Positions 15,001 through 29,711 of a stretch of DNA of 64,000 bases are shown in pieces. The translations under genes were made by a program, and so were the position numbers. This DNA is from Eledone cirrhosa. Taxonomy: Eukaryota. The stretch lies in the NCBI GenBank assembly GCA_964016885.1, contig OZ024740.1, forward strand, positions 31,372,001-31,436,000, in the 5' to 3' direction. How positions within the stretch are numbered: position 1 is the first letter of the stretch; every line of letters starts with the position of its first letter. The notes beneath the pieces were generated by a model. It worked only from the letters and a program-made list of their open reading frames with translations, had not been told where the DNA came from and ran no database searches.

Positions 15001-16552
15001 GTTCACAGACATACTATCTCCATCCTCTGGTCCACAGACATACTGTCTCCTTCCTCTGATCCACAGACATACTGTCTCCATCCTCTGGTCCACAGACATA
15101 CTGTCTCCTCCCTCTGGTCCACAGACATACTGTCTCCTTCCTCTGGTCCACAGACATACTCTCTCCTTCCTCTGGTCCACATACATACTGTCTCCTTCCT
15201 CTGGTCCACATACATACTGTCTCCTTCCTCTGGTCCACAGACATACTGTCTCCTCCCTCTGGTCCACAGACATACTGTCTCCTTCCTCTGGTCCACAGAC
15301 ATACGGTTTCCTTCCTCTGGTCCACAGACATACTGTCTCCTCCCTCTGGTGCACAGACATACTGTCTCCTCCCTCTGGTCCACAGACATACTGTCTCCTC
15401 CCTCTGGTCCACAGACATACTGTCTCCTTCCTCTGGTCCACAGACATACTGTCTCCATCCTCTGGTCAACAGACATACTGTCACCACCCTCTGGTCCACA
15501 GACATACTGTCTCCATCCTCTGGTCCACAGACATACTGTCTCCTCCCTCTGGTCCACAGACATACTGTCTCCTTCCTCTGGTCCAGAGACACACTGTCTC
15601 CTTCCTCTGGTCCACAGACACACTGTCTCCTCCCTCTGGTCCACAGACATACTGTCTCCTTCCTCTGGTCCACAGACATACTGTCTCCTCCCTCTGGTCC
15701 ACAGACATACTGTCTCCCCCCTCTGGTCCACAGACATACTGTCTCCATCCTCTGGTCCACAGACATACTGTCTCCTCCCTCTGGTCCACAGACATACTGT
15801 CTCCTTTTTCTGGTCCACAGACATACTGTCTCCTTCCTCTGGTCCACAGACATACTGTCTCCTTCCTCTGGTCCACAGACATACTGTCTCCTCCCTCTGG
15901 TCCACAGACATACTGTCTCCTTCCTCTGGTCCACAGACATACTGTCCCCTTCCTCTGGTGCACAGACATACTGTCTCCTCCCTCTGGTCCACAGACATAC
16001 TGTCTCCTCCCTCTGGTCCACAGACATACTGTCTCCTTCCCCTGGTCCACAGACATACTGTCTCCTTCCTCTGGTCCACAGACACACTGTCTCCTCCCTC
16101 TGGTCCACAGACATACTCTCTCCTCCCTCTGGTCCACAGTCATAATATCTCCTTCCTCTGGTCCACAGACATACTGTCTCCTCCCTCTGGTCCACAGACA
16201 TACTGTCTCCTCCCTCTGGTCCACAGACATACTGTCTCCTTCCCCTGGTCCACAGACATACTGTCTCCTTCCTCTGGTCCACAGACACACTGTCTCCTCC
16301 CTCTGGTCCACAGACATACTCTCTCCTCCCTCTGGTCCACAGTCATAATATCTCCTTCCTCTGGTCCACAGACATACTGTCTCCTTCCCCTGGTCCACAG
16401 ACATACTGTCTCCTTCCTCTGGTCCACAGACATACTGTCTCCTTCCTCTGGTCCACAGACATACTGTCTCCTCCCTCTGGTCCACAGACATACTGTCTCC
16501 TCCCTCTGGTCCACAGACATACTGTCTCCTCCCTCTGGTCCACAGACATACT
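1..16552 (+). repeat. Higher-order super-repeat, copy 1 (16,552 bp, includes a 2,987-bp mosaic insertion)
   Basis: Rare-variant landmarks recur at fixed offsets: ORF starts 404/16956/30115 and 1359/17911/31070. The offset between copies steps 16552 -> 13565 -> 13362 -> 13159, i.e. by 103, 7 and 7 monomers. The block boundary is arbitrary, set at the window start. Confidence 0.9.
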
Positions 16553-19500
16553 GTCTCCTTCCTCTGGTCCACAGACATACTGTCTCCTCCCTCTGGTCCA
16601 CAGACATACTGTCTCCATCCTCTGGTCCACAGACATACTGTCTCCTTCCCCTGGTCCACAGACATACTGTCTCCATCCTCTGGTCCACAGACATACTGTC
16701 TCCTTCCCCTGGTCCACAGACATACTGTCTCCTTCCTCTGGTCCACAGACACACTGTCTCCTTCCTCTGGTCCACAGACACACTGTCTCCTCCCTCTGGT
16801 CCACAGACATACTGTCTCCTCCCTCTGGTCCACAGTCATAATATCTCCTTCCCCTGGTCCACAGACATACTGTCTCCTTCCTCTGGTCCACAGACACACT
16901 GTCTCCTTCCTCTGGTCCACAGACACACTGTCTCCTCCCTCTGGTTCACAGACATATGGTCTCCTTCCTCTGGTCCACAGACATACTGTCTCCTCCCTCT
17001 GGTCCACAGACATACTGTCTCCTCCCTCTGGTCCACAGACATACTGTCTCCTCCCTCTGGTCCACAGACATACTGTCTCCTTCCTCTGGTCCACAGACAT
17101 ACTGTCTCCATCCTCTGGTCAACAGACATACTGTCTCCACCCTCTGGTCCACAGACATACTGTCTCCATCCTCTGGTCCACAGACATACTGTCTCCTCCC
17201 TCTGGTCCACAGACATACTGTCTCCTTCCTCTGGTCCACAGACATACTGTCTCCATCCTCTGGTCAACAGACATACTGTCTCCATCCTCTGGTCAACAGA
17301 CATACTGTCTCCACCCTCTGGTCCACAGACATACTGTCTCCTCCCTCTGGTCCACAGACATACTGTCTCCTCCCTCTGGTCCACAGACATACTGTCTCCT
17401 TCCTCTGGTCCACAGACATACTGTCTCCATCCTCTGGTCAACGGACATACTGTCTCCACCCTCTGGTCCACAGACATACTGTCTCCTCCCTCTGGTCCAC
17501 AGACATACTGACTCATCCCTCTGGTCCACAGACATACTGTCTCCTTCCCCTGGTCCACAGACATACTGTCTCCATCCTCTGGTCCACAGACATACTGTCT
17601 CCATCCTCTGGTCCACAGACATACTGTCTCCTTCCTCTGGTCCACAGACATACTGTCTCCTTCCCCTGGTCCACAGACATACTGTCTCCATCCTCTGGTC
17701 CACAGACATACTGTCTCCTCCCTCTGGTCCACAGACATACTGTCTCCTCCCTCTGGTCCACAGACATACTGTCTCCTCCCTCTGGTCCACAGACATACTG
17801 TCTCCATCCTCTGGTTCACAGACATACTGTCTCCTCCCTCTGGTCCACAGACATACTGTCTCCATCCTCTGGTCCACAGACATACTGTCTCCTCCCTCTA
17901 TTCCACAGACATGCTGTCTCCTCCCTCTGGTCCACAGTCATACTGTCTCCATCCTCTCGTCCACAGACATACTGTCTCCTTCCTCTGGTCCACAGACATA
18001 CTGTCTCCTCCCTCTGGTCCACAGACATACTGTCTCCATCCTCTGGTCCACAGACATACTGTCTCCTTCCTCTGGTCAACAGACATACTGTCTCCTCCCT
18101 CTGGTCCACAGACATACTGTCTCCTTCCTCTGGTCCACAGACATACTGTCTCCTCCCTCTGGTCCACAGACATACTGTCTCCTTCCTCTGGTTCACAGAC
18201 ATACTGTCTCCTCCCTCTGGTCCACAGACATACTGTCTCCATCCTCTGGTCCACAGACATACTGTCTCCTTCCTCTGGTCAACAGACATACTGTCTCCAT
18301 CCTCTGGTCCACAGACATACTGTCTCCTCCCTCTGGTCCACAGACATACTGTCTCCTCCCTCTGGTCCACAGACATACTGTCTCCCCCCTCTGGTCCACA
18401 GACATACTGTCTCCATCCTCTGGTTCACAGACATACTGTCTCCTCCCTCTGGTCCACAGACATACTGTCTCCATCCTCTGGTCCACAGACATACTGTCTC
18501 CTCCCTCTGGTCCACAGACATACTGTCTCCATCCTCTGGTCCACAGACATACTGTCTCCATCCTCTGGTCCACAGACATACTGTCTCCTACCTCTGGTTC
18601 ACAGACATACTGTCTCCATCCTCTGGTCCACAGACATACTGTCTCCTTCCTCTGGTCCACAGACATACTGTCTCCTCCCTCTGGTCCACAGACATACTGT
18701 CTCCATCCTCTGGTCCACAGACATACTGTCTCCTACCTCTGGTCCACAGACATACTGTCTCCTCCCTCTGGTCCACAGACATACTGTCTCCTCCCTCTGG
18801 TCCACGGACATACTGTCTCCTCCCTCTGGTCCACAGACATACTGTCTCCATCCTCTGGTTCACAGACATACTGTCTCCTCCCTCTGGTCCACAGACATAC
18901 TGTCTCCATCCTCTGGTCCACAGACATACTGTCTCCTTCCCCTGGTCCACAGACATACTGTCTCCTACCTCTGGTTCACAGACATACTGTCTCCACCCTC
19001 TGGTCCACAGACATACTGTCTCCTTCCCCTGGTCCACAGACATACTGTCTCCTACCTCTGGTTCACAGACATACTGTCTCCACCCTCTGGTCCACAGACA
19101 TACTGTCTCCTTCCCCTGGTCCACAGACATACTGTCTCCTCCCTCTGGTCCACAGACATACTGTCTCCACCCTCTGGTCCACAGACATACTGTCTCCTCC
19201 CTCTGGTCCACAGACATACTCTCTCCATCCTCTGGTCCACAGACATACTGTCTACATCCTCTGGTCCACAGACATACTGTCTCCTTCCTCTGGTCCACAG
19301 ACATACTGTCTCCTCCCTCTGGTCCACAGACATACTGTCTCCATCCTCTTGTCCACAGACATACTGTCTCCTTTCTCTGGTTCACAGACATACTGTCTCC
19401 TCCCTCTGGTCCACAGACATACTGTCTCCATCCTCTGGTCCACAGACATACTGTCTCCTACCTCTGGTCCACAGACATACTGTCTCCTCCCTCTGGTCCA

Positions 19501-22500
19501 CAGACATACTGTCTCCATCCTCTTGTCCACAGACATACTGTCTCCTCCCTCTGGTCCACAGACATACTGTCTCCATCCTCTTGTCCACAGACATACTGTC
19601 TCCTTTCTCTGGTTCACAGACATACTGTCTCCTCCCTCTGGTCTACAGACATACTGTCTCCATCCTCTGGTCCACAGACATACTGTCTCCATCCTCTGGT
19701 CCACAGACATACTGTCTCCTCCCTCTGGTCCACAGACATACTGTCTCCATCCTCTTGTCCACAGACATACTGTCTCCTTTCTCTGGTCCACAGACATACT
19801 GTCTCCTCCCTCTGGTCCACAGACAAACTGTCTCCATCCTCTGGTCCACAGATATACTGTCTCCTACCTCTGGTCCACAGACATACTGTCTCCTCCCTCT
19901 GGTCCACAGACATACTGTCTCCTCCCTCTGGTCCACAGACATACTGTCTCCTTCCCCTGGTCCACAGACATACTGTCTCCATCCTCTGGTCCACAGACAT
20001 ACTGTCTCCATCCTCTGGTCCACAGACATACTGTCTCCTACCTCTGGTCTACAGACATACTGTCTCCTCCCTCTGGTCCACAGACATACTGTCTCCTCCC
20101 TCTGGTCCACAGACATACTGTCTCCTTCCTCTGGTCCACAGACATACTGTCTCCTTCTTCTGGTCCACAGACATACTGTCTCCTCCCTCTGGTCCACAGA
20201 CATACTGACTCCATCCTCTGGTCCACAGACATACTGTCTCCATCCTCTGGTCCACAGACATACTGTCTCCATCCTCTGGTCCATAGACATACTGTCTCCT
20301 ACCTCTGGTCCACAGACATACTGTCTCCTCCCTCTGGTCCACAGACATACTGTCTCCTACCTCTGGTTCACAGACATACTGTCTCCATCCTCTGGTCCAC
20401 AGACATACTGTCTCCTTCCTCTGGTCCACAGACATACTGTCTCCTCCCTCTGGTCCACAGACATACTGTCTCCTTCTTCTGGTCCACAGACATACTGTCT
20501 CCTCCCTCTGGTCCACAGACATACTGACTCCATCCTCTGGTCCACAGACATACTGTCTCCATCCTCTGGTCCACAGACATACTGTCTCCTTCCTCTGGTC
20601 CACAGACATACTGTCTCCTCCCTCTGGTCCACAGACATACTGTCTCCATCCTCTGGTCCACAGACATACTGTCTCCTACCTCTGGTCCACAGACATACTG
20701 TCTCCTCCCTCTGGTCCACAGACATACTGTCTCCTCCCTCTGGTCCACGGACATACTGTCTCCTCCCTCTGGTCCACAGACATACTGTCTCCATCCTCTG
20801 GTTCACAGACATACTGTCTCCTCCCTCTGGTCCACAGACATACTGTCTCCATCCTCTGGTCCACAGACATACTGTCTCCTTCCCCTGGTCCACAGACATA
20901 CTGTCTCCTACCTCTGGTTCACAGACATACTGTCTCCACCCTCTGGTCCACAGACATACTGTCTCCTTCCCCTGGTCCACAGACATACTGTCTCCTACCT
21001 CTGGTTCACAGACATACTGTCTCCACCCTCTGGTCCACAGACATACTGTCTCCTTCCCCTGGTCCACAGACATACTGTCTCCTCCCTCTGGTCCACAGAC
21101 ATACTGTCTCCACCCTCTGGTCCACAGACATACTGTCTCCTCCCTCTGGTCCACAGACATACTCTCTCCATCCTCTGGTCCACAGACATACTGTCTACAT
21201 CCTCTGGTCCACAGACATACTGTCTCCTTCCTCTGGTCCACAGACATACTGTCTCCTCCCTCTGGTCCACAGACATACTGTCTCCATCCTCTTGTCCACA
21301 GACATACTGTCTCCTTTCTCTGGTTCACAGACATACTGTCTCCTCCCTCTGGTCCACAGACATACTGTCTCCATCCTCTGGTCCACAGACATACTGTCTC
21401 CTACCTCTGGTCCACAGACATACTGTCTCCTCCCTCTGGTCCACAGACATACTGTCTCCATCCTCTTGTCCACAGACATACTGTCTCCTCCCTCTGGTCC
21501 ACAGACATACTGTCTCCATCCTCTTGTCCACAGACATACTGTCTCCTTTCTCTGGTTCACAGACATACTGTCTCCTCCCTCTGGTCTACAGACATACTGT
21601 CTCCATCCTCTGGTCCACAGACATACTGTCTCCATCCTCTGGTCCACAGACATACTGTCTCCTCCCTCTGGTCCACAGACATACTGTCTCCATCCTCTTG
21701 TCCACAGACATACTGTCTCCTTTCTCTGGTCCACAGACATACTGTCTCCTCCCTCTGGTCCACAGACAAACTGTCTCCATCCTCTGGTCCACAGATATAC
21801 TGTCTCCTACCTCTGGTCCACAGACATACTGTCTCCTCCCTCTGGTCCACAGACATACTGTCTCCTCCCTCTGGTCCACAGACATACTGTCTCCTTCCCC
21901 TGGTCCACAGACATACTGTCTCCATCCTCTGGTCCACAGACATACTGTCTCCATCCTCTGGTCCACAGACATACTGTCTCCTACCTCTGGTCTACAGACA
22001 TACTGTCTCCTCCCTCTGGTCCACAGACATACTGTCTCCTCCCTCTGGTCCACAGACATACTGTCTCCTTCCTCTGGTCCACAGACATACTGTCTCCTTC
22101 TTCTGGTCCACAGACATACTGTCTCCTCCCTCTGGTCCACAGACATACTGACTCCATCCTCTGGTCCACAGACATACTGTCTCCATCCTCTGGTCCACAG
22201 ACATACTGTCTCCATCCTCTGGTCCATAGACATACTGTCTCCTACCTCTGGTCCACAGACATACTGTCTCCTCCCTCTGGTCCACAGACATACTGTCTCC
22301 TACCTCTGGTTCACAGACATACTGTCTCCATCCTCTGGTCCACAGACATACTGTCTCCTTCCTCTGGTCCACAGACATACTGTCTCCTCCCTCTGGTCCA
22401 CAGACATACTGTCTCCTTCTTCTGGTCCACAGACATACTGTCTCCTCCCTCTGGTCCACAGACATACTGACTCCATCCTCTGGTCCACAGACATACTGTC

Positions 22501-25500
22501 TCCATCCTCTGGTCCACAGACATACTGTCTCCATCCTCTGGTCCATAGACATACTGTCTCCTACCTCTGGTCCACAGACATACTGTCTCCATCCTCTGGT
22601 CCACAGACATACTGTCTCCTTCCTCTGGTTCACAGACATACTATCTCCATCCTGTGGTCCACAGACATACTGTCTCCTTCCTCTGATCCACAGACATACT
22701 GTCTCCTTCCTCTGATCCACAGACATACTGTCTCCTTCCTCTGGTCCACAGACATACCGTCTCCTTCCTCTGGTCCACAGACATGCTGTCTCCTCCCTCT
22801 GGGCCACAGACATACTGTCTCCTCCCTCTGGTCCACAGACATACTGTCTCCTCCCTCTGGTCCACAGACATACTGTCTCCATCCTCTGGTCCACAGACAT
22901 ACTGTCTCCATCCTCTGGTCCACAGACATACTGTCTCCCCCCCTGGTCCACAGACATACTGTCTCCATCCTCTGGTCCACAGACATACTGTCTGCTTCCT
23001 CTAGTCCACATACATGCTGTCTCCTCCCTCTGGTCCAGAGACATACTGTCTCCTTCCTGTGATCCACAGACATACTGTCTCCTTCCTCTGGTCCACAGAC
23101 ATACTATCTCCTTCCTCTGGTCCACAGACATACTGTCTCCTTCCTCTGGTCCACAGACATACTGTCTCCTTCCTCTGGTCCACAGACATGCTGTCTCCTC
23201 CCTCTGGTCCACAGACATACTGTCTCCTTCCTCTGGTCCACAGACATACTGTCTCCTTCCTCTGGTCCACAGACATACTGTCTCCTTCCTCTGGTCCACA
23301 GACATACTGTCTCCTCCCTCTGGTCCACAGACATACTGTCTACATCCTCTGGTCCACAGACATACTGTCTCCTTTCTCTGGTTCACAGACATACTGTCTC
23401 CTCCCTCTGGTCCACAGACATACTGTCTCCATCCTCTGGTCCACAGACATACTGTCTCCTCCCTCTGGTCCACAGACATACTGTCTCCATCCTCTGGTCC
23501 ACAGACATACTGTCTCCATCCTCTGGTCCACAGACATACTGTCTCCTACCTCTGGTTCACAGACATACTGTCTCCATCCTCTGGTCCACAGACACACTGT
23601 CTCCATTCTCTGGTCCACAGACATACTGTCTCCTACCTCTGGTTCACAGACATACTGCCTCCATCCTCTGGTCCACAGACGTACTGTCTCCTACCTCTGG
23701 TTCACAGACATACTGTCTCCATCCTCTGATCCACAGACATACTGTCTCCTTCCTCTGGTTCACAGACATACTGTCTCCTCCCTCTGGTCCACAGACATAC
23801 TGTCTCCTCCCTCTGGTCCACAGACATACTCTCTCCATCCTCTGGTCCACAGACATACTGTCTACATCCTCTGGTCCACAGACATACTGTCTCCTCCCTC
23901 TGGTCCACAGACATACTGTCTACATCCTCTGGTCCACAGACATACTGTCTCCTCCCTCTGGTCCACAGACATACTGTCTCCTACCTCTGGTCCACAGACA
24001 TACTGTCTCCTTTCTCTGGTCCACAGACATACTGTCTCCATCCTCTGGTCCACAGACATACTGTCTCCTCCCTCTGGTCCACAGACATACTGTCTCCTTC
24101 CTCTGGTCCACAGACATACTGTCTCCTCCCTCTGGTCCACAGACATACTGTCTCCTCCCTCTGGTCCACAGACATACTGTCTCCTCCCTCTGGTCCACAG
24201 ACATACTGTCTCCTCCCTCTGGTCCACAGACATACTGTCTCCATCCTCTGGTCCACAGACATACTGTCTCCATCCTCTGGTCCACAGACATACTGTCTCC
24301 CCCCCTGGTCCACAGACATACTGTCTCCATCCTCTGGTCCACAGACATACTGTCTCCTTCCTCTAGTCCACATACATGCTGTCTCCTCCCTCTGGTCCAG
24401 AGACATACTGTCTCCTTCCTGTGATCCACAGACATACTGTCTCCTTCCTCTGGTCCACAGACATACTATCTCCTTCCTCTGGTCCACAGACATACTGTCT
24501 CCTTCCTCTGGTCCACAGACATACTGTCTCCTTCCTCTGGTCCACAGACATGCTGTCTCCTCCCTCTGGTCCACAGACATACTGTCTCCTTCCTCTGGTC
24601 CACAGACATACTGTCTCCTTCCTCTGGTCCACAGACATACTGTCTCCTTCCTCTGGTCCACAGACATACTGTCTCCTCCCTCTGGTCCACAGACATACTG
24701 TCTACATCCTCTGGTCCACAGTCATACTGTCTGCTTTCTCTGGTTCACAGACATATTGTCTCCTCCCTCTGGTCCACAGACATACTGTCTCCATCCTCTG
24801 GTCCACAGACATACTGTCTCCTCCCTCTGGTCCACAGACATACTGTCTCCATCCTCTGGTCCACAGACATACTGTCTCCATCCTCTGGTCCACAGACATA
24901 CTGTCTCCTACCTCTGGTTCACAGACATACTGTCTCCATCCTCTGATCCACAGACATACTGTCTCCTTCCTCTGGTCCACAGACATACTGTCTCCTTCCC
25001 CTGGTCCACAGACATACTGTCTCCATCCTCTGGTCCACAGATATACTGTCTCCATCCTCTGGTCCACAGACATACTGTCTCCTACCTCTGGTCCACAGAC
25101 ATACTGTCTCCTCCCTCTGGTCCACAGACATACTGTCTCCTTCCTCTGGTCCACAGACATACTGTCTCCTCCCTCTGGTCCACAGACATACTGTCTCCTT
25201 CCTCTGGTCCACAGACATACTGTCTCCCCCCTCTGGTCCACAGACATACTGTCTCCATCCTCTGGTCCACAGACATACTGTCTCCTCCCTCTGGTCCACA
25301 GACATACTGTCTCCTTCCTCTAGTCCACAGACATGCTGTCTCCTCCCTCTGGTCCACAGACATACTGTCTCCTTCCTCTGATCCACAGACATACTGTCTC
25401 CTTCCTCTGGTCCACAGAATACTGTCTTCTTCCTCTGGTCCACAGACATACTGTCTCCTTCCTCTGATCCACAGACATACTGTCTCCATCCTCTGGTCCA

Positions 25501-28500
25501 CAGACATACTGTCTCCTCCCTCTGGTCCACAGACATACTGTCTCCTTCCTCTGGTCCACAGACATACTCTCTCCTTCCTCTGGTCCACATACATACTGTC
25601 TCCTTCCTCTGGTCCACAGACATACTGTCTCCTCCCTCTGGTCCACAGACATACTGTCTCCTTCCTCTGGTCCACAGACATACGGTCTCCTTCCTCTGGT
25701 CCACAGACATACTGTCTCCTCCCTCTGGTGCACAGACATACTGTCTCCTCCCTCTGGTCCACAGACATACTGTCTCCTCCCTCTGGTCCACAGACATACT
25801 GTCTCCTTCCTCTGGTCCACAGACATACTGTCTCCATCCTCTGGTCCACAGACATACTGTCTCCTTCCTCTGGTCCACAGACATACTGTCTCCCCCCCTG
25901 GTCCACAGACATACTGTCTCCATCCTCTGGTCCACAGACATACTGTCTCCTTCCTCTAGTCCACATACATGCTGTCTCCTCCCTCTGGTCCAGAGACATA
26001 CTGTCTCCTTCCTGTGATCCACAGACATACTGTCTCCTTCCTCTGGTCCACAGACATACTATCTCCTTCCTCTGGTCCACAGACATACTGTCTCCTTCCT
26101 CTGGTCCACAGACATACTGTCTCCTTCCTCTGGTCCACAGACATACTGTCTCCTCCCTCTGGTCCACAGACATACTGTCTCCTCCCTCTGGTCCACAGAC
26201 ATACTGTCTCCATCCTCTGGTCCACAGACATACTGTCTCCATCCTCTGGTCCACAGACATACTGTCTACATCCTCTGGTCCACAGAGATACTGTCTCCTT
26301 CCTCTGGTCCACAGACATACTGTCTCCTCCCTCTGGTCCACAGACATACTGTCTCCTCCCTCTGGTCCACAGACATACTGTCTCCTTCCTCTGGTCCACA
26401 GACATACTGTCTCCTCCCTCTGGTCCACAGACATACTGTCTCCTCCCTCTGGTCCACAGACATACTGTCTCCTCCCTCTGGTCCACAGACACACTGTCGC
26501 CATCCTCTGGTCCACAGACATACTGTCTCCTTCCTCTGGTCCACAGACATACTGTCTCCATCCTCTGGTCCACAGACATACTGTCTCCTTCCTCTGGTCC
26601 ACAGACATACTGTCTCCATCCTCTGGTCCACAGACATACTGTCTCCATCCTCTGGTCCACAGACATACTGTCTACATCCTCTGGTCCATAGACATACTGT
26701 CTCCTTCCTCTGGTCCACAGACATACTGTCTCCTCCCTCTGGTCCACAGACATACTGTCTCCTCCCTCTGGTCCACAGACATACTGTCTCTTCCCTCTGG
26801 TCCACAGACATACTGTCTCCTCACTCTGGTCCACAGACATACTGTCTCCTTCCTCTGGTCCACAGACATACTGTCTCCTCCCTCTGGTCCACAGACATAC
26901 TGTCTCCTCCCTCTGGTCCACAGACATACTGTCTCCATCCTCTGGTCCACAGACATACTGTCTCCATCCTCTGGTCCACAGATATACTGTCTCCCCCCCC
27001 TGGTCCACAGACATACTGTCTCCATCCTCTGGTCCACAGACATACTGTCTCCTTCCTCTAGTCCACAGACATGCTGTCTCCTCCCTCTGGTCCACAGACA
27101 TACTGTCTCCTTCCTCTGATCCACAGACATACTGTCTCCTTCCTCTGGTCCACAGAATACTGTCTTCTTCCTCTGGTCCACAGACATACTGTCTCCTTCC
27201 TCTGGTCCACAGACATACTGTCTCCTTCCTCTGGTTCACAGACATACTATCTCCATCCTCTGGTCCACAGACATACTGTCTCCTTCCTCTGATCCACAGA
27301 CATACTGTCTCCATCCTCTGGTCCACAGACATACTGTCTCCTCCCTCTGGTCCACAGACATACTGTCTCCTTCCTCTGGTCCACAGACATACTCTCTCCT
27401 TCCTCTGGTCCACATACATACTGTCTCCTTCCTCTGGTCCACATACATACTGTCTCCTTCCTCTGGTCCACAGACATACTGTCTCCTCCCTCTGGTCCAC
27501 AGACATACTGTCTCCTTCCTCTGGTCCACAGACATACGGTCTCCTTCCTCTGGTCCACAGACATACTGTCTCCTCCCTCTGGTGCACAGACATACTGTCT
27601 CCTCCCTCTGGTCCACAGACATACTGTCTCCTCCCTCTGGTCCACAGACATACTGTCTCCTTCCTCTGGTCCACAGACATACTGTCTCCATCCTCTGGTC
27701 CACAGACATACTGTCTCCTTCCTCTGGTCCACAGACATACTGTCTCCATCCTCTGGTCCACAGACATACTGTCTCCATCCTCTGGTCCACAGACATACTG
27801 TCTACATCCTCTGGTCCACAGACATACTGTCTCCTTCCTCTGGTCCACAGACATACTGTCTCCTCCCTCTGGTCTACAGACATACTGTCTCCTCCCTCTG
27901 GTCCACAGACATACTGTCTCTTCCCTCTGGTCCACAGACATACTGTCTCCTCCCTCTGGTCCACAGACATACTGTCTCCTTCCTCTGGTCCACAGACATA
28001 CTGTCTCCTCCCTCTGGTCCACAGACATACTGTCTCCTCCCTCTGGTCCACAGACATACTGTCTCCATCCTCTGGTCCACAGACATACTGTCTCCATCCT
28101 CTGGTCCACAGACATACTGTCTCCCCCCCTGGTCCACAGACATACTGTCTCCATCCTCTGGTCCACAGACATACTGTCTCCTTCCTCTAGTCCACAGACA
28201 TGCTGTCTCCTCCCTCTGGTCCACAGACATACTGTCTCCTTCCTCTGATCCACAGACATACTGTCTCCTTCCTCTGGTCCACAGAATACTGTCTTCTTCC
28301 TCTGGTCCACAGACATACTGTCTCCTTCCTCTGGTCCACAGACATACTGTCTCCTTCCTCTGGTTCACAGACATACTATCTCCATCCTCTGGTCCACAGA
28401 CATACTGTCTCCTTCCTCTGATCCACAGACATACTGTCTCCATCCTCTGGTCCACAGACATACTGTCTCCTCCCTCTGGTCCACAGACATACTGTCTCCT

Positions 28501-29711
28501 TCCTCTGGTCCACAGACATACTCTCTCCTTCCTCTGGTCCACATACATACTGTCTCCTTCCTCTGGTCCACATACATACTGTCTCCTTCCTCTGGTTCAC
28601 AGACATACTGTCTCCTCCCTCTGGTCCACAGACATACTGTCTCCTTCCTCTGGTCCACAGACATACGGTTTCCTTCCTCTGGTCCACAGACATACTGTCT
28701 CCTCCCTCTGGTGCACAGACATACTGTCTCCTCCCTCTGGTCCACAGACATACTGTCTCCTCCCTCTGGTCCACAGACATACTGTCTCCTTCCTCTGGTC
28801 CACAGACATACTGTCTCCATCCTCTGGTCAACAGACATACTGTCACCACCCTCTGGTCCACAGACATACTGTCTCCATCCTCTGGTCCACAGACATACTG
28901 TCTCCTCCCTCTGGTCCACAGACATACTGTCTCCTTCCTCTGGTCCAGAGACACACTGTCTCCTTCCTCTGGTCCACAGACACACTGTCTCCTCCCTCTG
29001 GTCCACAGACATACTGTCTCCTTCCTCTGGTCCACAGACATACTGTCTCCTCCCTCTGGTCCACAGACATACTGTCTCCCCCCTCTGGTCCACAGACATA
29101 CTGTCTCCATCCTCTGGTCCACAGACATACTGTCTCCTCCCTCTGGTCCACAGACATACTGTCTCCTTTTTCTGGTCCACAGACATACTGTCTCCTTCCT
29201 CTGGTCCACAGACATACTGTCTCCTTCCTCTGGTCCACAGACATACTGTCTCCTCCCTCTGGTCCACAGACATACTGTCTCCTTCCTCTGGTCCACAGAC
29301 ATACTGTCCCCTTCCTCTGGTGCACAGACATACTGTCTCCTCCCTCTGGTCCACAGACATACTGTCTCCTCCCTCTGGTCCACAGACATACTGTCTCCTC
29401 CCTCTGGTCCACAGACATACTGTCTCCTTCCTCTGGTCCACAGACACACTGTCTCCTCCCTCTGGTCCACAGACATACTGTCTCCTCCCTCTGGTCCACA
29501 GTCATAATATCTCCTTCCTCTGGTCCACAGACATACTGTCTCCTTCCCCTGGTCCACAGACATACTGTCTCCTTCCTCTGGTCCACAGACATACTGTCTC
29601 CTTCCTCTGGTCCACAGACATACTGTCTCCTCCCTCTGGTCCACAGATATACTGTCTCCTCCCTCTGGTCCACAGACATACTGTCTCCTCCCTCTGGTCC
29701 ACAGACATACT
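16553..29711 (+). repeat. Higher-order super-repeat, copy 2 (13,159 bp, about 454 monomers)
   Basis: The variant order from 16553 matches that from 1 and from 29712. The 1731-aa pseudo-ORFs at 16956 and 30115 appear identical. Confidence 0.9.
18610..22520 (+). repeat. Tandem duplication of a 1,943-bp (67-monomer) block
   Basis: Landmark pairs 18733/20676 and 19349/21292. The duplication is inherited in copy 3 (32508/34451). Ends are approximate. Confidence 0.85.
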